Part shown: positions 22,599-35,036 of the stretch, piece after piece
How positions within the stretch are numbered: position 1 is the first letter of the stretch
Layout of the letters: each line of letters opens with the position of its first letter
Source of the DNA: Rozella allomycis CSF55
Taxonomy: Eukaryota
Direction: 5' to 3'
Assembly (NCBI GenBank): GCA_000442015.1
Contig: KE560580.1
Location: 1 to 36,823, forward strand
DNA length: 36,823 nt
Notes under the pieces: generated by a model
The model's input: the letters and a program-made list of their open reading frames with translations, nothing else
Database searches by the model: none
What the model was told of the DNA's origin: nothing
Translations under genes and position numbers: made by a program

Positions 22599-25030
22599 AT
22601 GTTAATGGATGCCAACGAGAGAGGGGATGAGATAGTAGTTATGGTTTTTGAATTTGTGGAAGCCGAGAGTGCATGGAAATCTCTGGGGGTGGGCAAGCTG
22701 CAATTCTTCCAAGTAAAATAACATGGGAAGCGAAATAGAATAACGACCAAACGGAGACTGCGTTGTGCGTTACTAATGAAAAAGATGAAAGTGAGTGTTT
22801 GTTGGATCATACTATACGACCAGAAGAAAATTATTCGAGAACTGAAGGTATTTTGGGGTTAGTTTTGGGATGTAGAATTATTTATAACGTTTGAAGATGA
22901 AGGGAGGAATTTATCGCTTAGTTTTTCGAGTAGAGAGCATTTTGATATTATCTAGTAATAATTTTGTGGAAAGAGAATAGCGAATCTATAGAGCAAGCGC
23001 AGCAAATGTCAACAGCTGATTATATGATTGTGGATGTTGAGGATGGAAAGAGAATTAGTGTGGAACTGCCAGAGCCAACATTGAAGAATGTGGAGAGTTT
23101 GAAAGAGATATTTAAACAGACTAATGTGAGTGGGCGGGTTAAGTGGACATTGTATCAACAGATAATGAGGAATGTAAAATAATGCATGAAAATGATAAAA
23201 GAATTATTTAGAAACGTTGTTTGAGCTGTTTGAAACATGTGAAGATTTGGAGGCGACGGAAGAGTTGGAAAAGTTTTATTTTATCTTTAGAGGGATAGTT
23301 AATCTACTGTTTAATTCAAATACGATGGATTTGTTGAAGAAGATTGTGAGTAGAGAAAATGTGTTAAATTTTGTTGGTGTTTTTGAATGTAAATTGATTT
23401 GATTTTAAAAATAGATGATCCAGAGTATATGCATTGTAAACCAAAGTATCGAGAGTATTTGAAGAGTGAAGATTTGTATAGAAATGTTTTTTTCATAGAG
23501 AATAAAGAAATAGAAGAATTAATTCATCAGAGTTTTAGAGCTCAATATTTAAAAGATGTGGTATTAACGAGGGTGTTAGAAGATGAAGGGTTTAATTGTA
23601 TAATGAGATTTATTAGAAGTGTGAATTATGAAATAATAAATTATTTAATGTCAGAAGAATCAAATATTTTCATTCAAATGTAATTCTGATCTATGAATTC
23701 TAAAAATAGAAATGATCTATTAGAAAGAAGAGAAAAAAGAAGAGAAATTTTAAGTTTTTTAAAAGAATTTAATTTGATGGTGAAAATGACAGAATTTTCA
23801 AATCTATTTCAGAAAGAAGCAATAAAGATCTTGAATCCAATCTTGAAAATTTTTAAAGAAGAAAAAGAAGATCAAAGTGAAAAAGAAAAAGAAAATTTTG
23901 ATCTTAGATCTAAAGCGGCTGAATTCATTCTGGGAATTATTGAACAAAATCCAGACAACGTTAGATCTGCAATTTTAGATCAAGAAAATGAAAAAAATAA
24001 TTTAAATTTATTAAAAATAATTCTGGATTCTTTTCTAGATGAAAAAGATTCAGGGCTTAGATTAGAATTTCTTGAAATTATTAGATCTTTATTAACATTC
24101 CCACCCAACCCTTCAGAAAAGATAAAATCAGATCTTTTAAATCTTTTTTATCAATCTTTTGTTGAATCTTTTTTCTTTCCCCTTTCAAATCTATCAAATG
24201 ATTCTGAAATTAAAGATCCAGAAATCATCCAACACCTAATTGATCTCTTGTGTGGATTCATCAGACAACACACCTACAACATTAAATATTTCATTCTTGG
24301 CTCAAGTGTTTCCCAGGGAATTATTTCTTTATGCAATTCAAATTTCCCTCATCTCAAAATATGTAAATTTCGTAAATTATATTTTCATTTAGCCGCCATA
24401 AAATATTTAAAAACTTGCATTCAAAGAAGAGATCAATTCTTTGATAGATTCATAATTAAAAATGATCTAGTCAAAAAAGTCATCGAATTAGCCGTGGAAT
24501 ATCAAAATCAAGATAATCTCATTTCTGCCACAATTTTGGACTGTTTAAACACAATTGTAAGTTAATTAATTTTATTTCTTCTAGTCGTGTTCAAATCTGC
24601 TTTCTCTGCACCTACTTGAAAAGTATCGCCAGACTATTGAATCGCTATCAAATCCAAACTTTACAAATCTAATCAAACTGTATGAAAATGGTGTCAATGA
24701 AAACAATAAAAATAATCCAAAGTAATAAATCAATTCATTTTTAAAAGTGTTCCTGCTAAAGGTCTTTGGACTTCAGATGCCGACGAAGATGCCTATTTCA
24801 ACAGCGACGACGATCCAATTCATAAAAGAAACACATCAAGTCCACCGCCATTAGACGCTCTGCCGCCACTAAAACCAAGTTCTCCAACTCTAGACGATCC
24901 AGACTTTTCTTTAAACACTTTTGTGCCTCTCAAAAGAAAATCAAACGAAGAAAATGAAGATTTAAATTTCACAAAACCTAAAATTAAAAAATCAGAACCA
25001 ATCAAATTCAAATTTAGAGAAATATCTTAA
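22599..25030 (+). CDS. PSY2: PP4 regulatory subunit 3 (Psy2/SMEK/PPP4R3)
   Basis: N-terminal EVH1-like domain; ELPEPTLKN, LFELFETCEDLE, FVGVFEYDP, IHQSFRAQYLKDVVLTRVLED, LLCGFIRQHTYNIKYFI, DEDAYFNSDDD; multiple short introns. Confidence 0.92.
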
Positions 25031-25084
25031 TGTATTCATAAATTAAACTCACAATTTCAATATCTCTTAATTAATATCATTTAT

Positions 25085-26446
25085 TCAGTAATGGTTATTG
25101 ATATGCTTCCTTGTTCTTTTCTTTTTCAACCTTTCCTTGTTGTTCATCTCATCACCCAAAGAAGGTCCAAAAATATCCATTCCACGTTTAATCTTGCTCT
25201 TGTTATTCTGCTTTTCCCTTACGTAGAAAACAAGTGGAGCGGGTGTTGTTGCACCATCAATCTTTCCCGCGCTTTCCTTTACATACCCTTCACTTCCATC
25301 ATAAACAAACGTATCTGGACCTTCAATTAAACCACATGCCCCTCCATGAAATAACTTTGCTGTCAACTTGAACTTTTCTCCATCCAAGTATATATTGGCT
25401 GGAAAATTCTGCTCTCCTCTACTTTCAATTATCAACACTTCATTCCATCCAACAATCTGCTCTGTCTTTCTGCACTCAGCCATGCAACCATTCACGTTAC
25501 ACTCGGTAACCTCTCTCGGCATTTTAGAACACATTTTATTCATCGCTTTTTGAGCATTCATGCAATTCAACTCGCCATCCATAACCTATCTCCATGATTT
25601 AAACAAATTACAATGGTAGGTCTGAATTCTTCAAATTCATATCCATTATGGCCATCGTTGCATGTACTTCCTATCGAAACTGTCGTAGAAAATATTCTGT
25701 AAATAGGGTCGTTTTCAACTGTCTGCAAAAGCTTTTTTACTATTGCATGAATTCCGGATTGTACACCAGGAACCATTTCCCCCAAGCTCAATACCCAGGA
25801 TGAAAACTCTTCAAATCCTTCATCTAATATAGTTTCAAGCGACTTTTCTTTGTCAGTCTCCATTCTATTCATTTCATTATCGCTTCTCTCGACTCTATAC
25901 CGCTCTTCGAAATGACTAAACATCTACTTCAGAGAATACTAAACACATTACCTTGTAAAAAGGATTGTCATTAGTGTTATAAGGCAATAGAGGGGCTAAA
26001 ATATCACGCTTGGATTTGTAAATTGAATACAAAATTTCCATCAAACTACCTAAATTCTTCGTCTCGGGTGTTGTTTGATATGAAATCCTATGGTAATCTT
26101 TAAGAGCTACACGTTGAAGTTTTCTAGATAATGAAAACATCATATAGGATAAAGGATCCAACTCTAAAGAAGATATTTCATAATTTCCTCTTGGTACGGG
26201 ATCAGAACGTATCGTATTCAAAGAAACACTGCTTCCACTTGCTACGTGACTATCTAGCACAACATCCGGTGGATCAATCACAAGATGTGGTGTGATAATG
26301 TTACCTTCCGCATCTTCGAGGTCAGGAAAGTCCTCTTCGTCAGAAAATTCGCTGGCATTTAGTATCTTGGGCAAAAATATAATATTATCAGAGGCATATA
26401 CCACAAAACGTGGTAAAAGCACGAGCAGAGACAACAAAAATTTCAT
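25085..26446 (-). CDS. Putative secreted 435-aa protein with a degenerate USP/peptidase-C19-like domain and basic C-terminal tail
   Basis: Introns 25924-25951 (28 nt) and 25586-25611 (26 nt) join three ORFs. Signal peptide MKFLLSLLVLLPRFVVYA; motifs CNDGH, CNVNGC, EVLII, FPANI, FKLTAKLFHGG, FVYDG, LVFYVRE. Confidence 0.7.
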
Positions 26447-26861
26447 CACCTTGCCGTGGCTTGTTCCTAAACTTTTAAAAAAGTTCTCATACCCCCCAAA
26501 AAGGAAATGTAATGAAATATATCATTACACGCAACTTTATTCGAAATAAATTTATGATTAAGTTGCTATTTTTGGTGTTTAGTTAGATCAGATTAAGCCG
26601 GTCAAACGCAGTTTTGATAGAACTGTTTCCTATACATAATTAATTCAATAATTGATCCCTTAGGCATTTATTCTGGGCATCTTTGATTAATGACATGATC
26701 GACAATGTCCAGATATTAGAGGAAGGTCTAGAATCTCAATCGAATTTTCCGATCAGATCAAATGACGTCATTTTTGTCTAGACTCCGGCGGGCCAAGATG
26801 ACTAGACTTATGCTCAAAAATATAAAAGGAAACGCTGTCTGTCCACCTCATCAACATTAAT

Positions 26862-27251
26862 ATGTTTAACGACGATAGCTATTTCAGCGTATTCACTGAC
26901 GACATGTTTAACAACGATATTGAAACATTATCACAATCAACAAACAATAACTCTTCAAAGTCTATTGAAATCACAAGATGCCCATTATCATATAAGCCAA
27001 TGACAACTAAATCAAATATGGACTCTTCAATCTGCTTCAAAAAGGAGTCTGTCTCTTCATTACCAAGATCATCATCATTGACATCTGGCTTTAAATTGGT
27101 TGAATCAAAATCATTTAATTCATTAACACTTGCATCAAAAAGAAGAGCAATGAAATCAATGGAAAAGGGTACTGAATCAAATGTACAAGTTGACTCTTTT
27201 GACACATCATCATTGTCTAGCAATTACAACTTTGAATTCTCTTCTTGGTAA
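26862..27251. other. Overlapping antisense ORF pair (Ser-rich on +, acidic on -); coding status unresolved
   Basis: ORFs 26862-27251 (+) and 26879-27223 (-) lie in an otherwise gene-free ~900-bp gap; no recognisable motifs. Confidence 0.3.
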
Positions 27252-27428
27252 TCTACTGGATGCAAATTTGTGACTTGTATGATGGCTATAAACAAAGCCA
27301 AAAGATCCTATCTGACTCATCAAAAGGCTGACATTTAAATCACGTCAGCAAAAGTGGCATTTAAATCTAATTCATTATAATATTAAATAAAAAATTAAAT
27401 TAAATTAAAATATAATATATAGTTTGGT

Positions 27429-30400
27429 TTATTTGTTAGGAGATCTTAATTGCTCTCTAGTGATTGAATCCAATAGATCAACATTTTTGTATGCAAAGGT
27501 ATCTTCAGTTGTGTCGTCGTTGATCGCAAAATCTGGGTTCAATTGTAAATCACTAAATCGTTCATTTCGCACTAATTATTAACAAATATAATCTTTACTG
27601 TCAAAGTAGAATGTATCTTGTTGATTTTCAGGATTTGGAATAAATGGCGGTTCCATATCCAATATTTTATCCCAATTTATACCATCAAAAAATGGATGTT
27701 TTCTTATTTCTTTAAAACAAGGTCTCTTTTTGGGATCCCTGTCAAGCCAACTCAGAATCAGGCTTTTGGCGTTAGGAGAGATATCGATGCCAGTCCAATC
27801 AATTTGTTTAGAAAGAACATTTTTAAAAATTGAATCTGGAGAATTATCAAAGAAAGGAGGATATCCAACCAAGAATTCAAATAGACAAATACCCAATGCC
27901 CACCAATCAGCTTCAGGTCCACTGCTTAAGCCTAAAAGTAATTCAGGAGATAAGTAATCGGGAGTTCCAAGCACTTTACTGTCTGATTTATCATTTCCAT
28001 CAAGCGTGATTTTAGCTAACCCAAAATCAGATAATTTTAAATGGCCATTAGAATCAATAAGCATGTTGTCAGGTTTAATGTCTCTGTGAACAATGGACTG
28101 TGAATGAAGATAATCAAGAGCTAATGCAGCCTGTGCAATATAAAACCTTGCCATTTCTTCTGTAAATTTTCCCATGGCTTGAAGTAATGAGCTTAAATCA
28201 CCACCTATTAAATATTCCATCACCTGAATACACGATTTGAGAATTGATTACCAGATAAAGATATTCTTTAGATTGGAAAGCATAATATAGTTTAACTACG
28301 TATGGATTTCTAGCCAGAGCCAAAACTCTTTTTTCAGCAAGGACACTTGTAACCATATTTTTTCTAACCATGTCAGATTTCTTCAAAACTTTAATTGCGA
28401 AAAGATCCCTTGTTGACTTTTTTTGAGCCAAGTAAACTTTTCCATAGGCGCCTCTTGAAATTGGTTTTAATATTTCAAAGTCTTTAATGCTGATTGTCTT
28501 TTGCCTAAAAGATGGTGAATTTGAATTTTTGAATTTTCCTTGGTTTAGCACGGCGGCAAAAAGAGAAACGAACTTCTTGTCGCCATTCACGGAAGAGTTT
28601 GAAGAACTTTTTGATCTGGATCTCATTTTTCTTGATTGCAAATATTCCAAACAATCTTTTTTCTCTTCCATCTATAATTGAACTTTATTAATCTTACAAT
28701 GTACAAAAGTCTTTCGTAGCTCTTTTTGAGATTGTCAGGCAACAGATCAATTTCTAATTTCAAAATTTGTTTTTTAAGATAATCGAATGAAGATAAGCTG
28801 GAACTTTCGTTGATTGTTTTAGTTGAATACGCGATACTCTCAAGGGAAGTTAAATTTACAATCAAGTTTAATTTATTTTCATCTTTTTCCTTTTTATTAT
28901 TAACTAAATTCTTTTCTTTGGCTAACCAACAAATTAATTGTAATAGGCGCGCATCACAAACCTGAATTTTCTGAATTACTTCTTGTTGCATTGCACATGA
29001 TTTGGAATGATCTTCTATCGAATGGATGGAAAATTTTTCTTCACAAATTCTACAAATTACAGTTTGGTTTAAATTTGAATCAGAATAATTATTCCCAAGT
29101 ACTGATTTTATGCCTTTAAAAAACTTGTATATAAATGGTCTGTCTTTTTTCTTCAAATCATCAAATGATCCAATGGGTGAATTTATTTTCTTTGTCTTTA
29201 ATTCCATTTCATAATCCAATTCTTGAAATGAAATCGAATTATCAAGTTCATCAGCCACAGATTCAGCCTCCTGTTCAGCCACTACTGCGACCTGATCAAT
29301 TAATGTTTCATTTTCTCTATCTAGTTGGCTTTTCATTCTGTCATAAAATACCTATTTTTCCACACAATTTCTTTTACATAAAAATCAATAGTCCGTGCAA
29401 GAGGCGCGATTATCATTAGCATTGCGGTCATTCTATCTTCTGCCTCAACATTGGCAACAGATTTTATCATTTGTTTTTCCATCAAAGCGCTAATCTCAAA
29501 CACAATATTCTTGGATTCCGATTCCACCAATTCTTCCAACGAACACGCTAGCAACCTTCTAGCCAAATGATACATCTTGTCAAAGACGAGCAAATGCACA
29601 GATGAATAAACTGATGGCGGCCAACTTTTAGAAATGTTTGCACTTTTCCCTTCATCCCAACCAGAAATTAATAAATTCAGCTGCATTTTAACAGTTTTAA
29701 GCATTTCCTTCATTTCTTCCCACATATTAGTCAAAACTTGTTCATTTAAAAAGCTTTCCACGTCTTCATCTCCAATCAAATTAAAATTAGAATCATTAGT
29801 CTCTTCATCAAATACACAAACAGGCGACGGTATCGTCAATGGAGTTGGCGGTCTATGCGCCAATCCTAAAACCAAAGGAGACATCTCATTTCCCACTGAA
29901 TATTTTCTTGAAGATCTTCTAGAGCATGTAGCACTTGGTGTTGCAATAGATTCAGAAAATGTCGTCGGTATTGGTTTAACATGCTCTTCAAGAAATCCAC
30001 CTTCACTAATTGCAAGCGGAGATGGGCGACCGTTTGTCAATGATGCTATAGACTCTCTATCAGAATTTTCATTCAATTTAATTGGAGACGCTAGAACTTT
30101 GCTTCTTTCTTTATAAGAATTTGACCTTCGCAATCTATTGGTGGGACCATCCGTACTGGAACTATTAGATTGAGTATCATCTTCAAATCCATGGTGTGAC
30201 TGCGATACCGAATATCTTCTTCCTCCACGCTTCTTTTCCATACAAAATATTTACTTACTTTTGCAGACTCGTCGTCCGATTGACAAATAACATTACTCAG
30301 TGAACTCTTCCGCGATCTATTTTGAATATGAAGGGCGCCCATCGAATGAACAATACTTTCTGATCTTATACTCGGCGACCGAGAATCCAATGAAATCTTT

Positions 30401-30690
30401 CTAAGATTAGGTGAGATTGCTGTTGGCGTGCGAGGTGAAATACTTCCTCTCCCAACGATAGATTTTCTATGAGTCCAAGACGATGCAGTTCCCGTTGGAC
30501 TAGAGTACAGCGGATTTGGTTTATGACTTGGAGTTTTCACGGAACTTTCACTGCCAGTGCCAAAATCTGAAATCGACCCTGTATTTATATGCAAATTGCT
30601 CTTTTTTAAATTATTCTTCTTTTGACTCTCTTTCTTATCTGGGAGAGCTCGCTTTTCCATATTTGGGTCTGTTAGTTCATTGGGAAGCAT
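27429..30690 (-). CDS. Rim15/Cek1/IRE/Greatwall-family AGC Ser/Thr kinase with C2HC zinc finger
   Basis: ATG 30690 in gccaccATG context; VICRICEE...EDHSKSC; ISIKDFEILKPISRGAYGKVYLA, MEYLIGGD, HRDIKPDN, DFGL, GTPDYLSPE; AGC tail PPFIP..DTFYFD..FAYKNVDLL; stop 27429. Confidence 0.9.
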
Positions 30691-30857
30691 GGTGGCGTCA
30701 GCCCTGGATACCTTAACAATCAAAAATCATTTTTTAAAAGCTAAACCTAAAGAATTACAGACAAGATGAAGATATTATAGGTAAATGGAGATAGGAGAAT
30801 TAATCAGTGAATTTAATAGATTAGAATTAATCAGAAGCCAAAGTGTAAAATATCAAG

Positions 30858-33800
30858 TTAAACTAAAACGTTTATTAAAAAATCTAAACATCGGATGTCT
30901 ATTATGGCTTCTTTTTCATTAACTGCGTGATCTACTACAAATAACAACATCTCTTTTGACGATATCATGGTCTTCATTTCATTTATTAGTTTCAAAATAG
31001 CATACAATGATTTTCCGATTGGGACCTTATAATATAGCAATAGTAATTTGATATCATGACAGATCGGTACAACGCCCTTTGGCAACGTGAGCGAGTCGTG
31101 AATGGCAGCAAAGTATGCTTTCACTTCATTTCTGTTATTTTCATAAATTGAGTCGATAAATAATTGCATTTTTATTTCAATTTTCTGAAGAAAATTCCCA
31201 AAGAAACTATTCACAACAGAATCATTAGTGATGTTTTTATATCTTTGCATGTAAATCAAGCTTTTTTCTTTCAGTATCTTTTTGGCAATGAATTCTAATT
31301 CCAGAAACAAAGGCAAGTCAGATGAACGACCCTGGTCAAGTAATTCTCTGTGCAGGTTATCGTAATGAGAATAAATTGTATGTAAATGGGATGGATGGGT
31401 GACTGGTAATTTGAAACACTTTAATTTGTGAATGGGAAGAACGTTGGGCTTAATTTCTACCACGTTAATTTCCAAGGCAGAAAAATCCGTGAGGACCTTA
31501 TTTTCATACATTGGCGAGGATAATTCAATTGATCTTATGGAATCAAGTGGCGGCAACAAAAATGGAGTAATTTTGTAAAAAGAAGAGTTATTTTTTAAAT
31601 TGATTTTAGCTTCAACAGCTACAACTTTACCGGATGATTTTGTGACGAGGCACCGATCTTGTGTTACAGTAGCCCACAAGTGTCTCAATATTTGAAAATG
31701 ATATTGATTATCGTTGGGATATTTGGGATAAACAGGATAGCAGCTAATAAAAAGATGCGCGATAGATTCTCTAGAAGAAACTGAAAGAGTTTTTGATCCA
31801 TTTGAAAGACAAAGAAACCCAAGCGCTAAATGAACGCACATGTGATTTCCATAAGTGAAGTCTTGTTGAATTCTGCCATGCAATACACGACAGCGTCTTA
31901 TCAAGTCTAATTCGCCTGAACCCGCCATGACCAACGAAGCACTCAACAGAATTTGATTAATGCAACTTTTAATAAATATTTTGGAAACTTTTTCTGATAA
32001 AGAAACAGCTTTCTTAATTTTGAATCATTTAATTACCAATAGTTGATGTTATTCTCGTTAGTTTATCAATTGTTTCCAAACAAAACATTTTCCATTCGTT
32101 ATTCAAAGATCCAGCATACTTTATAGAAGAAATAAAAATTAATCCTGTTAAAATTGCAACAAAAGGACAAGTCGATGGGTTTTCTAAAGTCAATTCTTCT
32201 TCAATTTTCCCTAAAATACTTGGAATTTGACTTTTAAGCCACTTTGGGCAAAGTTTAATTGAATCCCATAAAACTAAATAATGATGACACACTCTGAGCA
32301 ATAAAAGATCCGGCCTAATAATAGTCAAATCATACGCAGTTGTGGGTATACTTAATATCTGTGATACAAGGGCATCATTTGTTTTCATAAACATAAAACT
32401 TAATGCCATCATAGCAGCTGGACTTGTAATATCTGTATGAATAAATCCGTTGCCTTTATAGCAAAGTGTACCATTCTGATTTTTCGCAAATGACACTTTG
32501 CCGCCATTTATGCATTTGTCCAATTCTTCTAAAATGTTCAAATCGTCTAATCCAACTACATTTCTACCTAATCCCAACAATGTTAAACCAAGAGAAAATC
32601 CTGCTGATAAAGCATAGCATTCCGCATATCCTCGAAACACATCATTATTAATTTCAGCAGTACTAGATGTAGAAAACATCATTTTATCGTAATTAAAGTT
32701 TCTTTTGATTTCATAAAGCAACATTTCTACCATTCGCCGTTGCCCAGACTCTTGAAACAGAAATCCAATTCCTACAATTGCAGACATGGCCACAAAATTA
32801 GAAGCTAAATTAGTTTGATTTTCTATCGTGGTAAATGAAGGAATATGAATAGAACAAAGTTTGGTGATTTTATTATCCATAGTCTTTCTTTTAGAAAATG
32901 ATAGCCCAATTAGCAGGCCAATATTAACAATTTCAACATTTGATGCCATGTATTGATAAATATCAACAGTAGACAAATTCAAGTAACCCAATAGACCTAA
33001 ACCAAACAGAAAACCTGCATGGTGCGCATTCAATTCATCCTTCAATTTATGCGCTATGATCCAAGAACTTTCAATGTCTTTATTCTCTGCAATCATTTGA
33101 AATGCAGTGGCAACTCCATTATGAAATTTTGGCCATTGGAAATAATCTGCAGCGAAATTGGCTTCTTGCAGATGAAACGGTATTTTGCTTGTTGGATAAA
33201 CAAGAGAATAATCCAAGAGTTCCTTTTTAATCATTTCCCTGTTTTTGATTATTTTTGTTTTAAAATTTATTGCAGATCTTCCAATGGGTAACGCTAAGGT
33301 TCTTTGAGCAACCAAAATCGCCACATTGGCTTGAACTTCAGGGGATTGTGCATCAGTCTCTGAGAGCGACCATTTCACTGGCTTTGAAGATTTTAGCATT
33401 TCAATACACTCCTCAACTCGGCAGTCGTCAGGGAAAAGTTTCGCTACCAATTTCATCATAGCATTCTCATTCTCTTCTTCTTTTTGTCCATTTTGTTCAT
33501 TCCAAACAGAATTCATATCTGTCACTATCACATTCTTTGCTTCATCTTCAAAAATAAAGGATTCTTTGTTGCAAAAGTCTAACTATTTACCCAAAAATTC
33601 AAACTCTTCACTTCCTTCTTTCATATTGCGAAAACATACAATAATCCTAATCAGAATATCAAGTGGTAAATCTTCCTTTTTTATGCCATTGTCTCTTAAA
33701 ATAGGTATCCCACTTTGTCCGTCATCTCTTAACGCATTTATTAGTTTTCCAAGTGGAGTTAATCCATTCACTTTATCATATATTATATAACTTTCCATTT

Positions 33801-33992
33801 CTTTTCCACAATCTATTGTGGTATTTCCATGTATAACTACTAACGATACAAGGCAATACTCTTACGCCTTGCCAAGTATTCGATGGTTTCTCGGTTCATT
33901 CTTTCATTCACTGCTATTTCATAGAGTTTTTGAGCCAGTTTCTCTGTGGGAAATAATAAAAGGGATTCAAAATTTGCCACTAGCTCATTCAT
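30858..33992 (-). CDS. APC1: Anaphase-promoting complex subunit 1 (N-terminally short, ~1017 aa)
   Basis: RTLALPIGR, WPKFHNGVA, HAGFLFGLGLLG, PC repeats, IRPDLLLLRV, LVMAGSGELD, YGNHM, HFQILRHLW; introns 33840-33865, 33564-33590 and 32009-32036. Confidence 0.92.
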
Positions 33993-34146
33993 TGGTCGCT
34001 GAGCCACTTCCTGATTCAATTCAAATGATAGTATTTATCATATAAACGGTTCAAAACAACTATATTTATTTGATAGTTCACGGATACATTAGCGTGTAGA
34101 TTTAACTTCTCCCCAAAGAAATTCACTTAAAATTAGCCAAGCCTCA

Positions 34147-35036
34147 ATGACGTGTTTATGGCTACTCCTGCTTCTAACTATGCAAAATATTGCAGCCAAG
34201 AAAATCTTATTGCGCGATGTTCAAGCTCTAACATTTTACAAAGGATTATACACGAAATCTAGTCGGACAAAGTCAATTCCACAATTGAAATGCGTCGGGA
34301 ACAGTATTTGCAAGTATTCCCCTTCAGTTGTTCAATGCAAAAATGTTGGATTTGATGGGAACGGTAAAATATGTTACAATTTGTAGTTAGATGTACAATG
34401 GAGTTGTAATGCCAATTTGGATGACAGAGTTAAATTTGATTCTCTATCAGTCAGTTGCGAAGGATACAGCTATAGTGACGATCCATACGTGCTAGTTGGA
34501 AGTTGCGGACTCGAGTACACACTTGCATATAAAGATTCGACAACACGAAAGAGATCTTCTACATCGGGACCTGAGGTTTGGATAATACCAGCCGTAATAA
34601 TCGGGTTTCTGCTCTTTGGAATTTATAAATGCATAAAAGGAACAAATAGGGGATATAATGAATATCACACTGTGCCTGATTATCAGCCCCCTCCTCCATG
34701 TAAGCTATTATCAAATCTTATACAAGATGCAAGTGCACCTCCTTTATATCCCAATGTTCACGCTTACACTTCGGATTCCCCTGGAAGGAATAATTTTTGG
34801 GGCAGTAATTTTGTTATTTTTTAATTATAGATTTCGCTGGCGGTGCTACCGTTGGTGCACTTGGAGCAATGTTAATGAAGTAAGTTGTTAAATTCTGTAT
34901 TATCAGTCGAAATAATAATCATGGTTTCAGACATCATTATAACTCTTTTGAACATGAAGATACAGATGACGAAAGGCGAAGTAGAGATTACACTACTTAT
35001 GAAGCGACAGGGTTTGGTGGGACAACAAGAAGATAA
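34147..35036 (+). CDS. SARAF: Store-operated calcium entry-associated regulatory factor (SARAF/TMEM66)
   Basis: Signal peptide; LLRDVQALTF, IPQLKCVG, VQCKNVGFDGNDVQWSC, VSCEGY..DDPYVLVGSCGLEYTL; single TM; PPPPY; terminal TGFGGTTRR*. Confidence 0.93.

Noticed and set aside
25567-25951. Three overlapping ORFs suggesting an operon or programmed frameshift
   Set aside because: Two canonical short introns join them into one gene.
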